From NCBI GenBank assembly GCA_964499705.1, contig CAZCME010000016.1:62001-93881 (forward strand): a DNA stretch of 31,881 bases, in the 5' to 3' direction. The position numbers and the translations under genes are program-made. The stretch's first letter is position 1. The number at the start of each line of letters is the position of its first letter. Below, piece by piece: positions 1-7,600 of this stretch. Below the pieces are notes generated by a model that made no database searches, was not told the DNA's origin, and saw only the letters and a program-made list of their open reading frames with translations. The stretch is from an uncultured bacterium. Lineage in GTDB: Bacteria > UBA8481.

Positions 1-2
1 TC

Positions 3-611
3 CACCATGAAACGCTCGAGGCGTTCGCTCAGGCCGTCGACACCAAGGACGCGTATACGCACGGCCATTCGCGGCGAGTCAGCTACCTGTCCGTCCTGGT
101 GGCGCGCATGCTGAGATTGACGGGCGATGAGATCGAGATCATCGGCAGGGCGTCCCTTCTGCACGACATCGGCAAGATCGGAATATCCAATTCCGTCCTG
201 TTCAAGCCGGGACGGTTGACGGACGAGGAATACGAGATGATGAAGACGCACGTCATCTTCGGCGAGAATATCCTGAAGCCGATCAAACGCATGGCCGCCG
301 AAGCGAAGATCGTGCGGCATCATCACGAGCGATGGGACGGAAGGGGATATCCTGACGGGTTGAAGGGCGAGGAAATCCCGATCGGATCCGCGATCATCGG
401 CGTCACCGACGCATACGATACAATGACCTCGGACCGGCCCTACAGAAAATCGCTGGGCAAGGAAGTCGCGAAGGAGGAACTCCATCGCTGCGCGGGAACG
501 CAGTTCAACCCGCTGGTCGTGGGCGCCTTCATGATGGTCGCCAGCCGCGACGACTTCAACATGGAAGACCTGGATCTCCATGCGGCCATGCAGGACTTCA
601 AGGCCACCTGA
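3..611 (+). CDS. HD-GYP domain protein (c-di-GMP phosphodiesterase family), 5'-truncated by window edge
   Basis: Frame open from base 3 (HHETLEAFAQAVDTKDAYTHGHSRRV). Contains LLHDIGK, HHERWDGRGYPDGLKG and DAYDTMTSDRPYR, the HD-GYP signature set. Stop TGA at 609-611. Confidence 0.93.
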   Translation, partial: HHETLEAFAQAVDTKDAYTHGHSRRVSYLSVLVARMLRLTGDEIEIIGRASLLHDIGKIGISNSVLFKPGRLTDEEYEMMKTHVIFGENILKPIKRMAAEAKIVRHHHERWDGRGYPDGLKGEEIPIGSAIIGVTDAYDTMTSDRPYRKSLGKEVAKEELHRCAGTQFNPLVVGAFMMVASRDDFNMEDLDLHAAMQDFKAT

Positions 612-626
612 TTTCAGTTCTCGAAG

Positions 627-756
627 TAACCACGAAGACTCGAAGAAAAATAATTAATGTGATTTAGCGATGCAGATCCTACAATCGGTCTTAAGCAGAA
701 AATCGAAAATGAAAGATTTGATTTCAGAATTTGGTGTCTTCGTGTCTTCGTGGTTA
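627..756. repeat. 130-bp element bounded by 20-bp inverted repeats (MITE/REP-like)
   Basis: TAACCACGAAGACTCGAAGA (627-646) is the reverse complement of TCTTCGTGTCTTCGTGGTTA (737-756) at 19/20 positions. The 90-bp interior is AT-rich. No transposase. Confidence 0.75.
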
Positions 757-758
757 TT

Positions 759-2219
759 GTGAGCGGAAATAGCCCCGAGGAACATCGCGGCGAGCTGGAA
801 GTCCGGCGCGCCAAGCGCGACAAGCTGGCGGCGGCGGGAATCGAGCCGTATCCCTGCCGGTTCGACCGCGTGGACACCGCGCGCGGGATCACATCTTCCT
901 TCCATGATGACGCCCCCTCGAAAAACGCCGTGACGGCCGGGCGGATCCGCTCCATACGCGGCCACGGCAAGGCCTGCTTCATGACGATCGAGGATGAATC
1001 GGGCACGGTGCAGATTCACCTCAAGAAGGATGTGCTCGGGGAGCGTTACGGGATCGTCGCCGCTCTTGATCTCGGAGATTTCATAGGAGTCAGCGGGCCG
1101 GTCTTCCGGACCAGGATGGGCGAGATCACGGTGGAAGCCCGGGAATTGCGCTTCCTGTGCAAGGCGCTGGAGCCGTTGCCGTCGAAATGGCATGGTCTTG
1201 CGGACGTGGAGATCCGTTATCGGCGCCGCTATCTCGACATGATCTCCAATCCCGAAGTGCGGGGGCTTTTTCAGAAGCGCGCCAGGATCATCGCGGAAAT
1301 CCGCTCCTATCTGTCGCAGCTCGGGTTCATGGAAGTCGAGACTCCGATGATGCAGACCCTGGCCGGCGGCGCGTCCGCGCGTCCGTTCATCACGCACCAC
1401 AACACACTGGATATCGATCTCTTTCTTCGGATCGCTCCTGAATTGTACCTGAAACGCCTGATCGTGGGCGGCCTGGAGAAGGTGTACGAGCTGAACCGCA
1501 ACTTCCGCAACGAGGGGATGGACCGGAACCACAATCCGGAGTTCACGATGCTGGAGCTGTACCAGGCTTATTCGGATTATCACGGCATGATGGACCTTAC
1601 GGAGTCTCTGATCGCTCACGTGGCGGATCGCGAATCCGAAGGCGTCGCTATCGTTCCCGGATCCGATCCCGTGCAGAAGCTCTCGCTTGCGAAACCCTGG
1701 AAGCGCATCACGTTTCTCGATGCGATCGCCGCCGGCGGAGGCCCGAGGCTTGTCCCCGGCGATGCGGCCTCGGCGTTGCAGGCCGCGAAGGCGGCGCACT
1801 GCGAGCTTGCTACGGAAGATTATGCGGAATGCCTTGATGTTCTCTTCGGCCGTTTCGCCGAGTCGATCATCGTGGAGCCGACGTTCGTGATCGATTATCC
1901 GGTGGCGCTCAGCCCCCTGGCCAAGAGAAAGCCGGGCGAACCGGAATTGACGGAGCGCTTCGAACTCTACGTCGCGGGCATGGAGATCGCGAACGCGTTC
2001 AGCGAGCTGAACGATCCGGATGATCAGGAGGCGCGATTCCGCTCCCAGGGCGGTACGGTCGACATGGACTATGTCGAGGCGCTCCGCATCGGCATGCCGC
2101 CGACGGGCGGACTGGGCATCGGCATCGACCGGCTCGTGATGCTGTTGACCGGCGCGCGGACGATCCGCGACGTCATCTTCTTCCCGACGATGCGGCCGCA
2201 CGAGAAGGATGAAGGATGA
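759..2219 (+). CDS. lysS: Lysine--tRNA ligase, class II
   Basis: N-terminal OB fold (AGRIRSIRGHGKACF, DLGDFIGVSG, RTRMGEIT), RYRRRYLDMI, FMEVETPMM, LRIAPELYLKRL, RNFRNEG..HNPEFTMLE, motif 3 GMPPTGGLGIGIDRLVMLL. Start may be GTG 750 or GTG 759; 750 lies inside the repeat arm. Confidence 0.97.
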   Translation: MSGNSPEEHRGELEVRRAKRDKLAAAGIEPYPCRFDRVDTARGITSSFHDDAPSKNAVTAGRIRSIRGHGKACFMTIEDESGTVQIHLKKDVLGERYGIVAALDLGDFIGVSGPVFRTRMGEITVEARELRFLCKALEPLPSKWHGLADVEIRYRRRYLDMISNPEVRGLFQKRARIIAEIRSYLSQLGFMEVETPMMQTLAGGASARPFITHHNTLDIDLFLRIAPELYLKRLIVGGLEKVYELNRNFRNEGMDRNHNPEFTMLELYQAYSDYHGMMDLTESLIAHVADRESEGVAIVPGSDPVQKLSLAKPWKRITFLDAIAAGGGPRLVPGDAASALQAAKAAHCELATEDYAECLDVLFGRFAESIIVEPTFVIDYPVALSPLAKRKPGEPELTERFELYVAGMEIANAFSELNDPDDQEARFRSQGGTVDMDYVEALRIGMPPTGGLGIGIDRLVMLLTGARTIRDVIFFPTMRPHEKDEG

Positions 2220-2252
2220 AGAACACCGCTCTGCTTAATTCATCCTTCATTC
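2207..2252. repeat. Hairpin with 7-nt periodic arms spanning the lysS stop
   Basis: GGATGAAGGATGAA (2207-2220) pairs with TTCATCCTTCATTC (2239-2252): 13/14 Watson-Crick plus one G-U. No U-tract follows. Confidence 0.55.
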
Positions 2253-2262
2253 TCATCCCCTG

Positions 2263-3660
2263 ATGCTTCTCGAAATAGCCTGGCGGCACCTCCTCGGGGG
2301 CCGTTTCGCGATCTTCTTCCGTTACCGCTGGCGCCGGTGGCTGTCCGCGCTCCTGGCCTGCGCCCTGACCATCGGTGTGGCCGTCCAGCTGGCTCTCTCG
2401 AACTACCCCGTGTGGGGCGTCGTGTCGCTTTTCGGGATGGGCATTCTCATGGTGGTGGTGCATCGCCTTGTGCACGGGCCGCTGCCGGAACAGGCGCGCG
2501 GCGCGTACGCCTCCGCGGTCACGTTCGTCGCCGTCCTGGGGATCGCCATCGCCGTCATGACCCTGATCGTCGTTGTCTCCGTCATGGACGGATTCACGCT
2601 CGATATCCAGCAGGCCCTTCTGAAGACGACCGCCGAGGTGATGGTGACGACCTTCGAGGAGCGGATCGACCCTACCGTCGTGGACCAGATCAGGAAAGTG
2701 GAAGGCGTGCGGTTCGCCGATCCCTACATCGAGAACGACATGCTCATGAAGATCGACGGCTATGACCGGCCGGCCGCCATCAAGCTGCGCGGGCAGACTG
2801 TGGCTTCATTCCTCCGGCCCGGCGGAGCCGACCTCAAGGCGGGCGACTGGGGCGACCTGGACAAGCCCGGCCACGTAATGATCGGCGCGGAGATGGCCCG
2901 CATCTTCGGCCTCAAGCCCGGCGACAGGATCTGGCTCGTGACTTCCGGAGGCACCGTCACGTCGATGGGAGTCGTGCCCGTCATGGAGGAAGTGACCGTC
3001 GCCGGAATATTCCGGACGGGATTCTACGAGGTGGATCAGAGCCTTGTCTTTGCCGGGATGCAGACCGCCCGCGAGATCGTCGGAACGGGCGACTTGGTGA
3101 CCGGAATCGACGTGACCGGGAATGATCCGTACGAAGCGCCGCGCCTCGCCATGAAGCTGCGCCGGGAAATCCCGATGCCGCTGGTCATCCTTTCGTGGGC
3201 GGAGACGCGGCGAAACCTGTATGAAGCGATGCAGACGGAACGCATCGCGATGTTCGTCATCGAATCGCTCCTGATTCTCATCGCCTCCTTCAATATCTCC
3301 TCCACGCTCTTCATGGCCGTCGGCAAAAAGACTCGCGAGATCGGGCTTCTTCTCTCTCTCGGAATGGAGCGGGCGAGGATTCTCGCCCTGTTCGCGCTGG
3401 AGGGATTCCTGATCGGAGCGAGCGGCACGACCGTGGGCACGATCGTGGGGCTGGCCTTCTGTCTCTATCTGGAGCGATTCAAGATCCAGATGCCGGGCGG
3501 CGGCGAAGTGTATTACATCGATTCCATTCCCGTCGCGATCTCCCCGGGCCTCATCGTCTCGACGGTCGTCTGCTCCCTTCTCATCTCCCTGGTCGCCTCC
3601 GTCTATCCCGCTCTGAGGGCCGCGAGAATGTCCCCGGCCAAAGCGTTGAAGTACGAATAA
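2263..3660 (+). CDS. lolE: Lipoprotein-releasing ABC transporter permease, LolC/E/F (FtsX/MacB) family
   Basis: MLLEIAWRHL start, GIAIAVMTLIVVVSVMDGF TM1, periplasmic domain, IASFNISSTL..KKTREIGLL.SLG, YYIDSIP, ASVYPALRAARMSPAKALKYE end. Follows lysS. C versus E versus F subtype is not resolvable by eye. Confidence 0.85.
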   Translation: MLLEIAWRHLLGGRFAIFFRYRWRRWLSALLACALTIGVAVQLALSNYPVWGVVSLFGMGILMVVVHRLVHGPLPEQARGAYASAVTFVAVLGIAIAVMTLIVVVSVMDGFTLDIQQALLKTTAEVMVTTFEERIDPTVVDQIRKVEGVRFADPYIENDMLMKIDGYDRPAAIKLRGQTVASFLRPGGADLKAGDWGDLDKPGHVMIGAEMARIFGLKPGDRIWLVTSGGTVTSMGVVPVMEEVTVAGIFRTGFYEVDQSLVFAGMQTAREIVGTGDLVTGIDVTGNDPYEAPRLAMKLRREIPMPLVILSWAETRRNLYEAMQTERIAMFVIESLLILIASFNISSTLFMAVGKKTREIGLLLSLGMERARILALFALEGFLIGASGTTVGTIVGLAFCLYLERFKIQMPGGGEVYYIDSIPVAISPGLIVSTVVCSLLISLVASVYPALRAARMSPAKALKYE

Positions 3661-3661
3661 C

Positions 3662-4678
3662 ATGAAAATTGGAACAAGAGATCTCGCGGAACGCATCCTG
3701 ATTGTGGCCGAAATCGGAAATAATCACGAAGGCAGTTTTCCTGACGCGGAAGCACTGGTACGGAAGGCGGCCCTGTGCGGGGTGGACGCCGTCAAGTTTC
3801 AGACATTCCAAACGGATTTATTCGTCAGCAGAAAAGATGCGGCCCGGCATGAACGGTTGAAGAAGTTTGAACTCACTCAAGATCAATTCCGTGATCTCGG
3901 ACGCCTGGCTAAATCCCTGGGCCTTCTTTTCGTGTCCACACCCCTTGACCTGCCGAGCGCTCTGTTTCTCTCCGCTCATGTGGATGCGTTCAAGATCGCG
4001 TCCGGCGACAATGATTTTTTTCCGCTCATGGAGCGTACATTCCAGTCCGGGCGGCCCGTGATCGTATCGACGGGCGCGAGCACCTGCGAAATGCTCGACC
4101 GCACCATCGCGTTCGCGCGGGATAAAATGGGAAGTGCTTTCGCGGAATCATTCGCCTTGTTGCATTGTACCAGCGCCTATCCGGCTCCGCTCGAGGATCT
4201 TCAGCTCCGCGCGATACCTTTCCTGGCCTCGCGTTACCATTGCCCGATCGGATATTCCGATCATTCCCTCGGCCTCGACGCCTGCCTCGCCGCGGTCCCG
4301 CTGGGTGCTTGCATCATCGAGAAGCACTTCACGCTCGATAAGAACCATTCTGATTTCCGGGACCACAAGCTCTCCGCCGATCCCGCTGATATGGCGGAAC
4401 TTGTCCGGAGAATACGCGGTGTGGAATCCATGCTGGGCAAGCCCGGCAAGTCCCTGCAGCCGTCGGAGGTGCCCACTGCCGCCGCCATCCGTCGTTCCAT
4501 CGTCGCGGCGCGCGAGCTGCCTGCAGGCCATGTCCTTGCTCCAGACGACCTCGCATGGATCCGGCCTGCGGGCGGCTTGAATCCCGGCGAGGAATTTCGC
4601 TTGGTGGGGCGGAGCCTGAAACGATCCGTCGAATCTGGTGAAAGGATTATGATGGATGATGTAGCTCATCCGTCATGA
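3662..4678 (+). CDS. neuB: NeuB/SpsE/PseI-family nonulosonic acid synthase with C-terminal SAF domain
   Basis: IVAEIGNNHEG, DAVKFQTF, KIASGD, LHCTSAYPAP, GYSDHS, IIEKHFTLDK, DHKLS, and SAF-like RRSIVAARELPAGHVL..RPAGG. Which sugar it makes is unknown. Confidence 0.9.
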   Translation: MKIGTRDLAERILIVAEIGNNHEGSFPDAEALVRKAALCGVDAVKFQTFQTDLFVSRKDAARHERLKKFELTQDQFRDLGRLAKSLGLLFVSTPLDLPSALFLSAHVDAFKIASGDNDFFPLMERTFQSGRPVIVSTGASTCEMLDRTIAFARDKMGSAFAESFALLHCTSAYPAPLEDLQLRAIPFLASRYHCPIGYSDHSLGLDACLAAVPLGACIIEKHFTLDKNHSDFRDHKLSADPADMAELVRRIRGVESMLGKPGKSLQPSEVPTAAAIRRSIVAARELPAGHVLAPDDLAWIRPAGGLNPGEEFRLVGRSLKRSVESGERIMMDDVAHPS

Positions 4679-4684
4679 TTCGGT

Positions 4685-7600
4685 CTATCTTACGATCATT
4701 ATTTTCCTGATCGCGACTTCGCTCGCGGACTTGATGACGACCACGTACATGCCCGAAGCCAGCTCGCGGCCGTCGTCATTCCGGCCGTCCCACTGGTACC
4801 GGCCCTCATTGGAGTTCTTGCTCATCGTCGATACCAGCCGGCCCGCGGCATCGTAAACCTGGATCGTCGCCTGACTTGTCAGGCTGTCGAAGAGAATGCC
4901 GCTGGACGGATCGGTCGAGTTGAAAACCTTGCCGTTCTTGTCGACGTTGTCGTATGGGACGTATGGATTCGGATAGACGATAACGCTTGAAAGGTTGGCG
5001 GCTACGGGCTGGCCGACGAGAACCGCGAAGAGGGTGAAGTGCTTCACGCGGGCGCAGGCGACGTTCCGGGCCCAGTCGATCCAGAAATCCTCTTCCTTGA
5101 CCCACGTCTTCAGGTATTCATCCCAGTGATAGACGGCGAGGTTCTTCTCCTCGATGTCCGTTCCGCCCACCTTGTCGCCCCACGGGTCGGTGTCGTCATA
5201 GGGAAGCGCAATGACGATGTTCTCGTCGAAGGTCCGCTTTCCGTCTTCGCGCACGAAGACGCGGAATGTGCCGCGACCGGGAACGCTCATGCCGGCAGGA
5301 ATGAACGCGGAGGAGGGTATCGTGTCCCAGACTTCCGCGCGGATCCAGACGGATTCGGAGACGGCGCCGCCCGGAATGTTCAGCTCCGTGCCGCCGTCGG
5401 CGATGAGAATCACGGAGGAGGTGTCGGGCGAGATCAACTGGCGGCGGATGTGGAGCGAATCCGTCTCGTATTCGCGGACGGTGAAGCTGTCGTTGTCGAT
5501 CTTGACGCGGAGCGTCGTGGGATTCGGATCCGTCTGGCCCGAGGAGTTCGTCGCGACGGCGCGCACGTCGTAGTCGCCGTCGGACAAGCCGGAGATGTCC
5601 CAGTAGATGCCCCAGAAGGGGGAGACTGTGTCGATGTGGATGAGCATCCATCCGCTGTCGACGGAGCGATATTCATAGCGGACGACGACGAAGGAATCGG
5701 CGAGCCCGGACATGATCGAGAGCGCGTTTCCGCTGGCGGTCAGGGACATGAGCGGCGAATCGACGATGCCCGCCATCGTCGGGCTGACATCGAGGACAGT
5801 GACGCTCACGGTTGTGCTGCCCGGGTTGTTCGCGGCATCGATCGCCGTGACGCGCAGGTTATAGATCCCGCCCGTGACCGTCGTTTCGAAATTCGCCAGG
5901 AGCGTCCATGTTGTTCCGCCGGCATAAGTGAAGGCGGTTGATTCCGCGGCGCCGATCGGCAGGAGGTTCAGCAGAACGGACGAGACGGACGAACTGTCCG
6001 TCACGTTGACGGTAAACGTCACGGTTGTTCGCGTGTCGTTCGTGACCGTCGCGGGCGCCGCGACGGCCGAGAGGAAGACCGGCGGCGCCGTATCGGGCGC
6101 GTACACGACGAAGCTTTCGATGGAAGACGAGGAAGTGTTGCCGAGGTCGTCTTCGGCGACGATCCGCCAGAAATACGTATCGAGCTTCAGCGTGAGCGTC
6201 GTGTCGGGGGAGAGCTGATACGAGTCGGCCGATTTTGCCGCGGCAAAAAGTCCTGACGTGTCCACCTGCAGTCGATAACGGTTCAGGCCGGAGAGCGAAT
6301 CGGAAGCGGCGTTCCAGTCCATGACGAAGGTCGAGAATACCCGAGCGCCGTTTCTCGGCGAGTTGATCGTCGCCGCCAGGGGCGGCGCGGTGTCGATGAG
6401 GAGCGATGAATCACCCATCGACCGGGAGTTGCCGAGAAGATCCGTCGCGATGACACGCCATCGCCAGGTATCGTTCGCGGGAAGGCGGACGACCACGACC
6501 GTGTCGGAGACAGTCGTATCGATGACGAAGCCTCCGGCCATGTCCGTGTCGACGATGAGCCGATACATCACGGGCGGCGTCGAATCGTAAGCGTCGGCCC
6601 AGCGGAAGGTCAGGACCACGGCCGTTGTCTCGTGCCCTCCCGCCGGCAGCAGCAGCGCGAAGGAATCGGGCGGCGCCGTTTCCGGATCGGTGATGATCCG
6701 GAAGCTTTCCGTCGCCGAGGCGATCCAGTTCCCAAGGTCGTCTTCCGCGATGACGCGCCAATACCACGTGTCCTTCGCCAGCGTCACCGAAGTGTCCGGC
6801 GTCGCCAGGTAGGAGTCGACGGCCATGAGACCTGCGAAGAGACCGGTTGTGTCGACCTGAAGATGATACCGGCGGAAACCGGAGATCGAATCCGAGGAGG
6901 AATTCCAGTCGAGAAGAACCAGGACGGTCGTGCGCGTTTCCCCGGCGGTAGGATCGACAGGAAGCGCGGCGGCCGGCGGCGCGGTATCGACGACGAAGGA
7001 GGAATCTCCGACGGTGCGCGAATTCCCGAGCGAGTCGCCGGCGACAATGCGCCAGAGATACGTGTCGTTTGCGGGCACGCGGACATATTCTTCCGTGTCG
7101 GAGACCGTGGTATCGACGACGAAAGCGCCGGCCATGTCGGTATCGATGATGAGCCGGTACGAGACCGGCGGAGAGGAATCCAGTGCGGCGCTCCATCGGA
7201 ACCAGAAGCTCGCCGCCGCGGTTTCCGTCGGGTTCGCCGGCGTCAGAAGCGTAAAGGCTGTCGGCGGGATCGTTTCCGCGGGGGCCACGACGCGGAACGA
7301 TTCCGGGACGGAGACGGAAGCGAGGCCAAGGTCGTCGAATGCGGTCACGCGCCAGAAATATGTGGCGGCGACCAGCAGGAGCGTCGTATCGGCGGAGGGC
7401 TGAAAGGAATCGATGACAAGAGGTCCGGCGAATGAGCCGGACGTATCGATCTGGAGCCGGTACCGGAAGAAGCCCGCGATCGAGTCAGACGACGCATTCC
7501 AGTCGAGCGTGAACGGCGTGCCGAGCGCTCGGGTTTCCTCCGCGGTCGGATCCACCAATGTCGGAATCAGGGGGGACGTCGTATCGACGGCGATACTCGA

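Noticed and set aside
654-2201. 515-aa minus-strand ORF
   Set aside because: Antisense shadow of lysS. Arg-rich, no motifs, and expected from high-GC codon bias.
759-2219. EpmA/PoxA (EF-P lysyltransferase) as an alternative identity
   Set aside because: Full-length protein with an N-terminal anticodon-binding OB fold, which EpmA lacks.
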